A program made the translations under genes and the position numbers. The notes beneath the pieces were generated by a model, which saw only the letters and a program-made list of their open reading frames with translations, was not told the origin of the DNA and searched no databases. From contig CAVQUB010000017.1 in assembly GCA_963716725.1 (NCBI GenBank), positions 1-64,000 on the forward strand: DNA of 64,000 bases, given 5' to 3'. Numbering within the stretch: position 1 is the first letter of the stretch; the number at the start of each line of letters is the position of its first letter. Source of the stretch: an uncultured delta proteobacterium. GTDB taxonomy: Bacteria > Myxococcota_A > Polyangia > Polyangiales > Polyangiaceae. Of the stretch, positions 10,012 through 20,211 are shown one piece after another.

Positions 10012-10103
10012 GCGCTGACGGCAACGGTACGGCGACGTGGGCGTAGCGGCCAACTTGGTCAGGTCTTTACGGGCGCCAGTGGCCGGCGGAGACTCACCCC
10101 AAC

Positions 10104-11024
10104 GTGAGCAATCGCGACGTGTACCTGATGTCCCCGCCGGGGCCCGGTTGGGCGATCCGAGGCCGCGCCAACTTCCGGAGCCAAGAGGCGCAAACCGTCT
10201 CGCCGCTGCGCGCCCGCAAAGAGTGGCTGGCCCTGGCCGAGGCCATCGAGGCAGCGGGCGCGACGGTGGTGGTGCTGCCGCCGACCAACGAGCCGCTGAC
10301 CGGGCTGCCTTACGCCGCCGAGGCCGGCCACGTGCTGCCCCCGAAGGCCGGCTCGGATCGACCGCGCTTTCTGTTGCCGCGCATGTTCGCGCCGCACCGG
10401 ATCCTCGAGCGGGACCACTGGGCCCCGTTGGCAGCGACGCTCGGCTTCGAAGTGATCGACCTCGGCGCGGGGATCTGGGAGGGTCAGGGGGACGTCGCGA
10501 GCTTCGACGGAACGACCATCCTCTTCTACGGTGGCCGCACTGATCGCGCCGGACTCAAGGCTGCGCTCGCGCACTTCGACGGCGAGGTGCTGGTGATCGA
10601 GCTTCGACAACCGGCGTTCCACGGCAACATGGCGCTGCTCCCGCTGCCGGCCGCCGACAAGATCCTGGTCTGCCAGGACGTGATCGTTGGCGATGGACTC
10701 GACCGTCTCGCGGCGCGCTTCGGTGGGTGGCGGCTCGATCCGGTCAGCGAAGACGAGATCCGATCGTACGCCACCAACGGCCTGCCCATTGGCGATCGCT
10801 GGCTCGCGCCGAGCGTGGTGCCGAAGCGGGTGAGAGATCGCGTCGCCGCCTTGGGCATGAAGGTCGTCGAGCTGCCGATGGGCGAGCTCTGCGAGAAGGC
10901 TGGTGGCGCGTCGCGCTGCTTGGTGTGCCACGCCCCGGGGGTGCTCGACGCCCTGAGCATCCCGGAAGAGAACCGGCTCGCGGCGGTGCGCGGGCAAATC
11001 CACGCGGAGCCCGACGATGGATGA
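10104..11024 (+). CDS. Amidinotransferase / dimethylargininase-superfamily hydrolase
   Basis: EGQGD, FHGN and terminal GGASRCL with the catalytic Cys. Confidence 0.8.
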   Translation: MSNRDVYLMSPPGPGWAIRGRANFRSQEAQTVSPLRARKEWLALAEAIEAAGATVVVLPPTNEPLTGLPYAAEAGHVLPPKAGSDRPRFLLPRMFAPHRILERDHWAPLAATLGFEVIDLGAGIWEGQGDVASFDGTTILFYGGRTDRAGLKAALAHFDGEVLVIELRQPAFHGNMALLPLPAADKILVCQDVIVGDGLDRLAARFGGWRLDPVSEDEIRSYATNGLPIGDRWLAPSVVPKRVRDRVAALGMKVVELPMGELCEKAGGASRCLVCHAPGVLDALSIPEENRLAAVRGQIHAEPDDG

Positions 11025-11799
11025 GCTGGCAAGAGACTTCTTCGCGCGCCATCCCGAGGTCGAGCTCGCCGCGCTCGGATCCCGAGCAAATCGCGAGTCC
11101 CTCGATCTGACGCCCGCGGGCTGTCCTGCAAAGTTCTACGCGGCCGAGCAGCACCCCACCCTCGTCGAGCGTTACCGCGATGCCAATGCGCTGGCGTTCC
11201 CCGGCGACTTGACCTTGCCGGGATGGGTGCTGTCGGATCTCTATCTCTTGCCAGGCGCCATTGGGCTCTTGGCCTGCCACGGTCGCTTTCTCGACGTGCC
11301 CACGCGCAAGCGACTCGGCCTGGGCTTGGACGACGTCGCCATCGCGGCCGCGTACTACGCCGCGCCTACGGTAGAGCCCGGAACCTTCATCGGCGTGTCG
11401 CTCCTCAGCTTGGTGCCGAAAATCTTGGCGGGCGCGTGGGTGAAGGCGCTGACGCTGAAGATGCTGCGAGCGCGTCGGCTGCGCGGAGTCGCGCAGTGGG
11501 CGAGCCCGGCGCTGCGCGTGCACACTCGGATGGGGCCCCTGCGCGTGGTGTCCTCGGTGCCGGGTACCCACGAGTTCCGTGCCAAGAGCTTCGTCTACGA
11601 GAGCGATCTCACCGACAGCGCGGCTTGGAACGGTGCCATGGCCCGCCGTTCGAGCGGCTCGCCTTCCGAGAAGATCCCCGCGAGTGACACCGAGCGCCTG
11701 GGCGCGCTCTGCGCTCGCGCCGAGGCGGGGGAGCGCATCGTCGTGGTGCCGCCTGGCCTCGACGCCGGCGGCAACGTGCTCATCCGCTATTCCGACTGA
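11017..11799 (+). CDS. Hypothetical protein, possibly a divergent GNAT fold
   Basis: Overlaps the upstream gene by 8 nt; typical codon usage; fold guess is weak. Confidence 0.6.
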   Translation: MDELARDFFARHPEVELAALGSRANRESLDLTPAGCPAKFYAAEQHPTLVERYRDANALAFPGDLTLPGWVLSDLYLLPGAIGLLACHGRFLDVPTRKRLGLGLDDVAIAAAYYAAPTVEPGTFIGVSLLSLVPKILAGAWVKALTLKMLRARRLRGVAQWASPALRVHTRMGPLRVVSSVPGTHEFRAKSFVYESDLTDSAAWNGAMARRSSGSPSEKIPASDTERLGALCARAEAGERIVVVPPGLDAGGNVLIRYSD

Positions 11800-12180
11800 T
11801 CAGCGGTAGGGCGCGCCGGTTTCGTCGAGCTTCCAGCTCTCGCGCAGCCAATCGAGCAGGCCTTGCTCACGGCCCTGGATGCAGTCGCTCTGCGCGACGG
11901 TGAGTACCAGGCCGTAGATCAGGGCGCGAGCTTCGTCGTTTCGAACCACGCTCACTCGATCGCGGATCGACGCCTCGTCCGGCAACTTGCGTCCGGCTTC
12001 GTCCATCAAATGCCAGAAGGTCTTCTCGCCGAAGTCCCCCGCCAGCTCTTCGAGAGCCGCTTGCTCTTCGTCGGAAAACTTTCCGTCGAGGCGGACGAGC
12101 AGTCGCAGCAGCCCCGCCAAGACGAGTTGCTCGTCGGCGTCGAGGCCCCGTGCGCCGCTCGTGTCGGCGACGCCGCTCAC
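11800..12180 (-). CDS. TerB-family protein
   Basis: LVRLDGKFSDEEQ and VAQSDCIQGRE motifs; GTGA overlap with the upstream lipoprotein gene. Confidence 0.7.
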   Translation of the reverse strand: MSGVADTSGARGLDADEQLVLAGLLRLLVRLDGKFSDEEQAALEELAGDFGEKTFWHLMDEAGRKLPDEASIRDRVSVVRNDEARALIYGLVLTVAQSDCIQGREQGLLDWLRESWKLDETGAPYR

Positions 12181-12809
12181 GCGCCCGGCGGCCAGAGTTG
12201 CTGCACCACGTCGGCGAGGTTCTGGACCGTCTTGGGTTTCAGACCGTTGGAGGCGTGGGGCCAGGCGAAGGTCTTGGCGCCGACTTGATTGCACGAGAAC
12301 GAAATCAGGACGTCGTTCGAGGGGCCGCCCGACGAGAACGCGAGTCCCATCTCCGCGTACATGCACGCGGAGTGGTTGTTGTCGAAGTTGCTGTCGTTGC
12401 CCAGGATCTTGCCGAGCTCTTCTTTCAGATCTTCATCAATGACTTGGGTCTGGCTCAGGATGCGGAAGCCGTGGAAGCGCGGCGTGGTGTCTTGCACGGC
12501 CACGGGAGCCGGCGCTGCGCCCCCGGCTCCGCCGAGCATGCCCGGCGGCAAGAGGCCCGGGGGGATCAGCGCCTGAAGGCCCTGCGCTCCCTGCTGGACC
12601 CAAGTGCTGATCTCCGGAGGCAGACCGGGCAACGCGCCCGGCTGGGCCGCCACCGGGGCCGCCGCCTGGGGCGGCTCGTAGTTCTGGAGCCGGAACGCCG
12701 TCAGGTTGGCGGTCTTCAGCGTGTCGAAGGGCGGGGCCGGTTTGCCCGCGCAGCCGACGGTGGCGGAGGCGGCCAGCGCCGCGACAGCGAACAGTGAAGC
12801 CTTGGTCAT
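12177..12809 (-). CDS. Hypothetical lipoprotein
   Basis: MTKASLFAVAALAASATVGC lipobox; Pro/Gly-rich insert. Confidence 0.75.
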   Translation of the reverse strand: MTKASLFAVAALAASATVGCAGKPAPPFDTLKTANLTAFRLQNYEPPQAAAPVAAQPGALPGLPPEISTWVQQGAQGLQALIPPGLLPPGMLGGAGGAAPAPVAVQDTTPRFHGFRILSQTQVIDEDLKEELGKILGNDSNFDNNHSACMYAEMGLAFSSGGPSNDVLISFSCNQVGAKTFAWPHASNGLKPKTVQNLADVVQQLWPPGA

Positions 12810-12891
12810 GGGCGTTTTCGTAGACGTTATTTGCAGTGTCGTCCAGCTACGCTCCAATCTACGCCGAAAAGGAAGTACAAATTCCGTCTCA

Positions 12892-13797
12892 ATGCGCCCC
12901 AAGAAGGTCCTCGTCACTGGCGGCACCGGGTTCATCGGGAGTCAGCTCGTGCGTGAACTTCAGAAGCGCGGGGACGACGTCACGGTGCTCCTGCGTTCGC
13001 CTGATCAGGTGGAGCGTTTCTCCCAGCCGATCCGGGCGGTGACGTGGGACCAGCCCGCGGCAGCGTGTGCGGGTCAGGACGCGGTGGTTCACCTGGCCGG
13101 GGAGCAGGCCGTCGGCGTGCGCTGGGACGAGGCTGCGAAAGAGCGCATCCTCTCCAGCCGCGTCGACACGACCCGTGCGCTGGTGTCGGCGATTGCGAGC
13201 GCCGACCTGCGGCCGCGAGTCCTCGTTTGCGCGTCAGCGGTTGGGTACTACGGCGCGCGCGAAGGTGGGGACCTGGTCGACGAATCGGGCGCGGCGGGAT
13301 CGGACTTCTTGGCGCAGGTGTGCGCACAGTGGGAGGCTGCGGCCCAAGCGGCCCAGGCTTCGGACGTTCGAGTCGTGAGGGCGCGGCTCGGCGTCGTGTT
13401 CGGCCGCGGCGGCGGCGCGCTGCAGGAGATGGCCAAGCCCTTTCGGCTCTTCGCGGGCGGGCCCATCGCCAGTGGCAAACAGGTCGTCTCCTGGGTGCAT
13501 CGCGCGGACGTCATCGGGATCGTCCTGCGCTGCATCGACGACGAGTCCATCTCGGGGCCAGTGAACGTCGTGGCTCCCGAGCCCGTGACGCAGGCCGAGC
13601 TCGCGGGCGCCATCGGGCGCGTGCTCCGGCGACCGTCGTGGCTCCGGGTGCCGGGCGCCGCGCTGCGCCTCCGCTTCGGTGAGGGCGCCGACCCGCTCTT
13701 GACCGGTCAACGGGTCGTACCGGCCAGGATGCATGCCGCCGGCTACGCCTGGCAACACGCCGATCTGGAGGCAGCGCTGCGGGAGGCGCTGAGCTGA
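12892..13797 (+). CDS. TIGR01777/YfcH-family NAD-dependent epimerase
   Basis: VTGGTGFIG, ASAVGYYG, FLAQVC.QWE, SWVH, GPVN. Confidence 0.9.
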   Translation: MRPKKVLVTGGTGFIGSQLVRELQKRGDDVTVLLRSPDQVERFSQPIRAVTWDQPAAACAGQDAVVHLAGEQAVGVRWDEAAKERILSSRVDTTRALVSAIASADLRPRVLVCASAVGYYGAREGGDLVDESGAAGSDFLAQVCAQWEAAAQAAQASDVRVVRARLGVVFGRGGGALQEMAKPFRLFAGGPIASGKQVVSWVHRADVIGIVLRCIDDESISGPVNVVAPEPVTQAELAGAIGRVLRRPSWLRVPGAALRLRFGEGADPLLTGQRVVPARMHAAGYAWQHADLEAALREALS

Positions 13798-13798
13798 G

Positions 13799-14818
13799 GT
13801 GGATCCTTCCTTCAAGCGCGTGCTCTCGGCCGTGTTGCTCCTGCACGTCGTGATCCTGGCGGGTGGTCTCGTGGTTTGGGTCCTCGGGGGAGGGCGCTGG
13901 AACCTGCTCGAGGCCGTCTACTATTCGATTTACACGGTGAGCACCGTCGGCTTTGCCGAGCTGCCCGGGATGGAGTCGCACGCCGTGGTGCGAGTGGCGT
14001 CGGGGGCGCTCATCTTGTCTGGCCTGGGCGCCATCGCCTTCTTTCAGTCCACGCTCACCGCCCTCTTGATCGAGGGCGTGATCGGACGCGCGTTTCGGAG
14101 TCGACGCATGCAGAAGAAATTGCAGAAACTATCGGGTCACTTCGTGGTGGCCGGCTGCGGGCGCACGGGCAAGTACGTGGTCGAAGAGCTGGCCCAGATG
14201 GGGCAGACCTTCGTGGCTATCGATCGGGACGAACCCGCGCTGCTCCGCCTGAACGAGGAGGTCGGCGGCGGCCTGCTGTACGTCGTGGGGGACGCGACCG
14301 AAGACCACACCCTGATCGCAGCCGGGGTGGATCGCGCCGCGGGCGTCGTCTCTGCCCTGTCCGACGACCGCGACAACCTCTTTGTCACGCTCTCGGTGAG
14401 GACGCTCAACCCCAGCGCTCGCATCACCTCGAAGGCGGTCGAGATCGAGAACGAGGTCAAGCTCGCCCGGGCGGGTGCAAACTCGATAGTGAGCCCGAAC
14501 CGGGTCGGCGCTCACCGACTGGTGAGTGAACTGGTGCGTCCGGAGGCGACGGCGTTCTTGGATCACCTGCGGGTGGACAAACACCTGAACCTCGAGCTGG
14601 TCGAAATGCCGGAGCGCTCGCGGTGGGCCGGCAAGTCACTGCGCACCATCCCGATCCGCGCCGAGACGCACCTCCTGGTGGTGGCCATCCGCGGGCCCGA
14701 CGGGAGCTACTCCTACAACCCCGCACCAACTCAGGTCGTCGACGCAGGCGCCCAATTCATCGTCATCGGCGAGCACGCCAACGTGGACAAGCTCCGCGAG
14801 TTGCTCGAGCACGGATGA
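13799..14818 (+). CDS. Potassium channel with TrkA-N/TrkA-C (RCK) domains
   Basis: Filter STVGFAE; GCGRTG and GDAT in the RCK domain. Confidence 0.9.
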   Translation: MDPSFKRVLSAVLLLHVVILAGGLVVWVLGGGRWNLLEAVYYSIYTVSTVGFAELPGMESHAVVRVASGALILSGLGAIAFFQSTLTALLIEGVIGRAFRSRRMQKKLQKLSGHFVVAGCGRTGKYVVEELAQMGQTFVAIDRDEPALLRLNEEVGGGLLYVVGDATEDHTLIAAGVDRAAGVVSALSDDRDNLFVTLSVRTLNPSARITSKAVEIENEVKLARAGANSIVSPNRVGAHRLVSELVRPEATAFLDHLRVDKHLNLELVEMPERSRWAGKSLRTIPIRAETHLLVVAIRGPDGSYSYNPAPTQVVDAGAQFIVIGEHANVDKLRELLEHG

Positions 14819-14821
14819 GCT

Positions 14822-16690
14822 TCACACCGACAGGCCGCGGGCCCGCAACACTTCGTCAAGACTGGCGCGCAGCCGCGGAGACGCATCGGGGTAGGCCGCC
14901 CGTGCCACGTCCACGAAGCGGCTGCCACGCCCGGCCTTGAGGGCGGCGGTCACGGTCTCGCGCTCTTCGGGCCCGCCGTGATCGAGGGCGCCGAGCACCA
15001 GTTCTGCGGCCTCGACGGCGTCGATACGCGCGATGGATCGAAGCGCCGCGAGTCGCGCTTCGACCAGGGAGGACGTCCGGTAGATCCTCGATAGCGGGTC
15101 GAAGGCGTGGTCGAATCGCAGACGCTCCACCGCTCCGATGGCTTCTTTGACCACCCTGGGGTCAGCGTCGACCAGCGCGCGCTCGAGCGTCACGAAGGTG
15201 CGCTTGTAATAGTAACGCGAGAGCGAGCGCACCGCGGCGAGCCGCACGGTCGGCAGCTCGTGGCCGTACAGGGTCTCGAGGGGCGCGAGCAGACCGTACA
15301 GGCCGATCGGCGCCAGATGATCCGCGACCAAGCTCAGGGCGGTCTCGGTCTGATTGGCCTCTGCGCCCTCGGCGGCCAAGGCAGCCAGCCGTCCGACCAG
15401 CGCCGTGCGACGCGTGATCCGGTCGCTGTCCTCCGAGGGATCGAGCAGGACGTCGGCGCAGGCCTCGGCGGCGCTGCCGCGCCCTTCCCACTCGAGCAGA
15501 TCGACGTGCCAGACGTCCGGCGGGCCCACGTGCTCGCCCAGGCGCTCGTCGCGCAAAGAAGCGTCGATCGGCGTGTTGGGTGCGTCGGTGTAGCGCTTGG
15601 CAGCGCGTGCGTAGTGCTCGCGGCGCGAGCCCTCGATGTCGAGCCTGGCCAGCGCCGAGTAGATCTCGCCGACCTTGGTGTACTGCCCGGCTTCGGCCTG
15701 GGCCAGGAGGCCGGCCACCAGCGCGTTCTCGACCAGGTGGGTCGGGCCTTGCCGCTTGGCCGTCTGCTCGGCCACGCTGGCCCAGAGATCGGCCTGGTTC
15801 AGCGTGCCGCGCGTCGCCACCCGATGCAGCCCTTGCCGTCGCGCGTACACCGTCATCTCGCGACACAAGGTCGCCGCCGCCGAGTGCTCGCCGGCGAACC
15901 CCGCGAGCTTGATGGCGTGCTCGTACAGGCGCAGTGAGTGATAGCGCAGGTTGTCTTCGGTCAAGATCCGGATGGCGTTCACGCAGCCTTCGAGCACGTG
16001 CTCGAAGGTGTTGGTGGCCGCTCCAATCTCGATCAGCACATGGTAACAGTCGAAGGCGCGCTCGCGCTGGCCCATGGACTCGAAGCGATCGGCGGCCTCT
16101 TCCAAGCGGTGCACCGCAGCGACAGTGGCCTCGCGGGCGGCCCGGGCATCGCCTGCTTCTCGGCACATGCGCGCCAGGTTGAAGCGGCACAGCCCCGCCG
16201 CGTAGCGGTCCGCTCGCGCGTTGTCGACCAGTTGGGCGAGGCGCGACCACAGCGCCCGCGCGCCGGCGATGTCGCGGGCACGCTCGCTGCACACCGCGGC
16301 CCGCACCAAGAGGCTCGACTCTTCGAGCTCCCGGGCCGCGCGCTTGTAGAGCTTTTCGCGCTGCGACGAGTCCTGTTCGGCCCAGGAAGCGTAGGTGCGA
16401 GCGCGGTCCACCGCAGGCACGCGCTCGAGCAGCCGCTGCTGGTGCGAGTTGTCGCCCGAGTACCAAGCGGCGCTCAGGGCGGCGCGGTGCTCGCCGGCTC
16501 TCTCGAGCGCTTCGGTCAGCAGCGTCACCACCGCTGCGTAGCTCTGCTCGCGAGCATGGCTCACGAGCAGGCACGACATGAGCGTCTCGAGGGCGTCGCT
16601 CCAGCGTGCGCGCTCGGCCTGTTGCCTGGCCTTCGAGTAGCCGTCCTCGATGGAGCTGGGCGCAGACAAGCCAGAAAACAGCTTGATCAC
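14822..16690 (-). CDS. TPR/HEAT-repeat protein
   Basis: Helical repeats; C-terminal VRLAAVRSL and ARLAALRSI HEAT repeats; GTGA overlap with the vWA gene. Confidence 0.75.
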   Translation of the reverse strand: MIKLFSGLSAPSSIEDGYSKARQQAERARWSDALETLMSCLLVSHAREQSYAAVVTLLTEALERAGEHRAALSAAWYSGDNSHQQRLLERVPAVDRARTYASWAEQDSSQREKLYKRAARELEESSLLVRAAVCSERARDIAGARALWSRLAQLVDNARADRYAAGLCRFNLARMCREAGDARAAREATVAAVHRLEEAADRFESMGQRERAFDCYHVLIEIGAATNTFEHVLEGCVNAIRILTEDNLRYHSLRLYEHAIKLAGFAGEHSAAATLCREMTVYARRQGLHRVATRGTLNQADLWASVAEQTAKRQGPTHLVENALVAGLLAQAEAGQYTKVGEIYSALARLDIEGSRREHYARAAKRYTDAPNTPIDASLRDERLGEHVGPPDVWHVDLLEWEGRGSAAEACADVLLDPSEDSDRITRRTALVGRLAALAAEGAEANQTETALSLVADHLAPIGLYGLLAPLETLYGHELPTVRLAAVRSLSRYYYKRTFVTLERALVDADPRVVKEAIGAVERLRFDHAFDPLSRIYRTSSLVEARLAALRSIARIDAVEAAELVLGALDHGGPEERETVTAALKAGRGSRFVDVARAAYPDASPRLRASLDEVLRARGLSV

Positions 16691-18132
16691 GCGGCTTTCT
16701 CCGAACCGGCTCCGGTCCCGAGGATCCGCCGCGCTTCGGTGGCCCGCGACTTCTTGCTGGCCAGCGCCGCGTGGTTCACCACCCAATGTGCATCGAGCAG
16801 GTCGAGGTAGTCGAGATCGAGATCACCGCCCGAGGGCAGCATGAACAGGCCCGAGACCTTGGCGCGACGGGCGATGGAGGCCATCACGTCTCGCGGCACG
16901 TACAGCGCGCCATGCGTGAAGACGTGCACGATGGGCTCCCGCGGATCACGCGTCGAAGACAGCGCCAGGGTGCGCTCGACCTCGGCGAAGACCCGAGACG
17001 GATTGCGCCCGCGCTCACCGCGGAACGAGAGCAGATAGCCGATGGGCAGCTGTCCTGCCCGGGCAGCGTGGGCCTCGTACAGGCGTGAGTCGAAGAAGCG
17101 GAAGGTCACATCTTCGCCGGCCAGCAGCAGCTTCTTCGCCGAAGCGATGGCCATGCCGCGGGCGAAAGTCGCGCGCTCGCCGCGCATGCTGGCCGAAGCG
17201 TCGATCAAGAAGTGGTGGATGCGGTGCGCGTCGTCGTGGGCTTGTTCGCGGGCGTAGTACAGGACCTCGTCGTCGGCCATACGACGCATCAACTCTTGCT
17301 CGTCCCAGGCCAACTCCGTCAAGACCAGGCCGTCGATGCTGCCCTTGCGTGAGAGCCCCGAGTAGCCGAAGGCCGCGTGAGTGCTGGCTGCGGGGCGCGC
17401 CTTCGACTCGAGCACGCTGGGCAAAATCTCCAGGGAGAAGTCCACGACGTCGTTCGCCTCGGGAGCGCCCAGGACGCCCAGCAGGTCGACCTGAGCGAGG
17501 GCACCCTGCCCCGCGTCACCGCCCAACATGCCGAAGAGCTGAAGCGTGTCCAGATCGAGGGCGTCGACCAGCGTGAGCACGTACAGGCGCGCCTCGGTGA
17601 GCTTGTTCAGCGCGTCGACCTCGAAGCCGCGCCGAACCGCCGCGACGAGCGTGGGCAACTGGGCGTCGATGCCGTCGACCAATGCGGCGTCCAAGGGCAC
17701 CGCGACGGGATAGGGTGGGGCGATCTGGATGCGCTGCGCCGTGCTGCCGAGCACGCGCGCGAGCAACACCGCAATCATGTCGTCGTTCATGCGCAGCGAA
17801 CGCGCACGGCGCGCGGTCTCGCTGTCGGCCACCTCTTCGATCACTCGCCGGTAGTGGGTGAACAGGGCCGGAGCCGCGCCCGTCGTCGCCACCAGCGCGG
17901 CAGGATCCACCCGCGGCACGATCTCGAGCTGCTCGTGCGGGCAGGCCAGCACGAGCCCGACGTCGTGCGCGACGAAGAAGGGGACCCGCACGCCCAAGCG
18001 CTCCAGATCTCGGTGCCACCGCAGCGCACGGAGCGCCAAGGTGGGCGAGTGCGGCCGCACCACGGACAGCGCGAGCGAACCGAGGGGTCCCGCTACGGCG
18101 GGGTCACGCGCGAGCTCCGGAGGGATGGCCAT
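16687..18132 (-). CDS. vWA-domain protein (MoxR-associated type)
   Basis: MIDAS-like FLIDASASM, then FRFFD and HVFTHG. Confidence 0.7.
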   Translation of the reverse strand: MAIPPELARDPAVAGPLGSLALSVVRPHSPTLALRALRWHRDLERLGVRVPFFVAHDVGLVLACPHEQLEIVPRVDPAALVATTGAAPALFTHYRRVIEEVADSETARRARSLRMNDDMIAVLLARVLGSTAQRIQIAPPYPVAVPLDAALVDGIDAQLPTLVAAVRRGFEVDALNKLTEARLYVLTLVDALDLDTLQLFGMLGGDAGQGALAQVDLLGVLGAPEANDVVDFSLEILPSVLESKARPAASTHAAFGYSGLSRKGSIDGLVLTELAWDEQELMRRMADDEVLYYAREQAHDDAHRIHHFLIDASASMRGERATFARGMAIASAKKLLLAGEDVTFRFFDSRLYEAHAARAGQLPIGYLLSFRGERGRNPSRVFAEVERTLALSSTRDPREPIVHVFTHGALYVPRDVMASIARRAKVSGLFMLPSGGDLDLDYLDLLDAHWVVNHAALASKKSRATEARRILGTGAGSEKAA

Positions 18133-18189
18133 GCGAGGGTCACAAGCTACCAGAGCCCGGGCGCGGCCGCCTCGCCTCGAGCTGCCGCC

Positions 18190-20208
18190 TCAGAGGAGCG
18201 GGCCCTCGCCCGGCGCCCGGCGCACGCGCTCGATGGCGTCCAGCAGAGCGTCGAGGGTGGAGGGCTTTTGCAGGAAGGCCACGCGATCGCGCCCGCGGAG
18301 TGCGCTCGACACGTCCTCCGCCGAGTACCCGCTGGTGAGTACGACCGGCACGTCGGGGACGATTTCACGGAGCGCGCCCAGGACTTCGAGCCCTGACATG
18401 TCCCCCAGGGTCAAGTCGAGCAGCACGGCCCGAACTTCGTCGCGATGAGCGGAGAAGGTCGCGATCCCGCTCTTGCCGTCCGCCGCGCTCAGCACTCGAA
18501 AGCCCAGTTGCTCCAGCAGGCGCTGGGTCACTGAGCGCACTATCGGCTCGTCGTCCACGACCAGCACGGTGGCGCCGTCGGCCCTCCGCTGTGAGCCATT
18601 GGTGCTGGGTTTGCTCCTGGCCACCGGCTGCTCGGAGCGCGGGAAGGACACCCGAAACGTAGTCCCAAGGCCTGGCGTGCTCGACAGCTCGATGGCACCC
18701 CGGTGTCCGCGCACGATGCCCAGCGTCGCCGCCAGCCCAAGGCCGTGACCGGTGGCCTTGGTGGTGAAGAACGGGTCGAAGACGCGGCGTCGGGTCGCCT
18801 CGTCCATGCCCCGGCCCGTGTCGGTCACCTCCAGGAACACGTATTGTCCTTCGGGCAGGTCGTCGTCGAGGTAGGTGGAGGATAGATCGCTGCGGGTCAG
18901 GTCTCGGGACCCCGTGTGCACGCGCACGGCACCTGGGCCTTCCAGGGAGTCGGAGGCGTTGAGGATCAGGTTCATCACGATCTGATGGATCTGCGCCGGG
19001 TCCCCCTCGATGTCCGGAACTTTCTCCAGGTCGAGCCTGAGCGTCGCTTGCTTCGAGATCACCGTGGCCAGTAGCTCCGCCATTTCCCCGACCGCGCTCG
19101 AGAGGCTGATCGACTGCTTGGTCACGCTGCCGCGCCCGGCAAAGGTGAGCATCTGGCGCGTCAGCTCCGCGGCGCGCTGCGTCGCGGTCTCGACGGCGGC
19201 CAGGCACTCCTCCGCGTCGCCGCCCTTGGCGAGCTCGAGCCGAGCCAGCCGAGCGTTACCCATGATCGCGGCCAGCAGGTTATTGAAGTCGTGCGCCACG
19301 CCGCCGGCCATCAAGCCCAGGCTCTCGAGTTTCTGCGACTGCCGTACCTGCTCTTCCAGCGAGCGCATGCGTTCCTCCGCTTGCTTGCGCTGACTGACGT
19401 CCAGGAAGGTGACCACCGCGCTCGACACCCTTCCGCTCTCGAGGTCTCTCACGGGCACGGCTCGAAACACAGCCCAGGAGACGCTGCCGTCCGGTCGCCT
19501 TATGCCGATGGTGTGCGCTGGGGGCTGCTCGCCGGTCACGAGCGCCTGGGTCGCCGGGTAGTGGTCGACGGGACAGGGCGAGCCGTCCTCGTGGATGGTC
19601 TCGGTCTCGAAATCGCGGGTGTAGCGCCGCGTGACCTCGTCTTGGGAGAGGCCGAGCACCCGCAGCGCCTCGGCGTTGGCGTGGTTGACGGAACCGTCGG
19701 CGCCGACGTTCACCACGCCGCCGGGCATAGCCTCCAGAACGCGGCGGTTGAGCTCGAGCGCGGCCCGGAGCTCGCGCGCTTTGCCGTGCAGCTCGGTGAC
19801 GTCGACAGAGACGCCGCGCAGCACGTCGCCGTCGAGCATCGCCGAGAGCAGGAGCTGTCGAATCACCCCGTCCTTGGCGCGCAACGTCACGCTGAAGGCG
19901 TTGACGGCCCCGGTGCTGGCCACTTGCGCCAGCATTTGCTGACGCTGCTCGGGATCCACGTAGAACTGGAGGATGTTCTCGCCGATCATCGCCTCTTGCC
20001 GTTCGAAGCCCGCGGCGCGAGCCAAGGCGGCGTTGGCGAAGCGGATAGTGCCGTCGAGCTGCACCTCGAACACACCGATCGGTCCGTCTTGGAGGATGCG
20101 CGCGTAGCGGCGCGCGACCGAAACCAGCTCGTCGTCCGTGTTTCCGCTCAAGGCTTGCTCCGTCCACAAGGTACACCCGTGGCGCCGAGCAGGAGCGAAT
20201 CGATGCAA
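18190..20208 (-). CDS. PAS-PAS hybrid sensor histidine kinase with receiver domain (start uncertain)
   Basis: GGVAHDFNN, NLILNA, DTGRG, FFTTK, GLGL; receiver VVDDE, LLD, QKP. Confidence 0.93.
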   Translation of the reverse strand: MHRFAPARRHGCTLWTEQALSGNTDDELVSVARRYARILQDGPIGVFEVQLDGTIRFANAALARAAGFERQEAMIGENILQFYVDPEQRQQMLAQVASTGAVNAFSVTLRAKDGVIRQLLLSAMLDGDVLRGVSVDVTELHGKARELRAALELNRRVLEAMPGGVVNVGADGSVNHANAEALRVLGLSQDEVTRRYTRDFETETIHEDGSPCPVDHYPATQALVTGEQPPAHTIGIRRPDGSVSWAVFRAVPVRDLESGRVSSAVVTFLDVSQRKQAEERMRSLEEQVRQSQKLESLGLMAGGVAHDFNNLLAAIMGNARLARLELAKGGDAEECLAAVETATQRAAELTRQMLTFAGRGSVTKQSISLSSAVGEMAELLATVISKQATLRLDLEKVPDIEGDPAQIHQIVMNLILNASDSLEGPGAVRVHTGSRDLTRSDLSSTYLDDDLPEGQYVFLEVTDTGRGMDEATRRRVFDPFFTTKATGHGLGLAATLGIVRGHRGAIELSSTPGLGTTFRVSFPRSEQPVARSKPSTNGSQRRADGATVLVVDDEPIVRSVTQRLLEQLGFRVLSAADGKSGIATFSAHRDEVRAVLLDLTLGDMSGLEVLGALREIVPDVPVVLTSGYSAEDVSSALRGRDRVAFLQKPSTLDALLDAIERVRRAPGEGPLL

Positions 20209-20211
20209 CCG

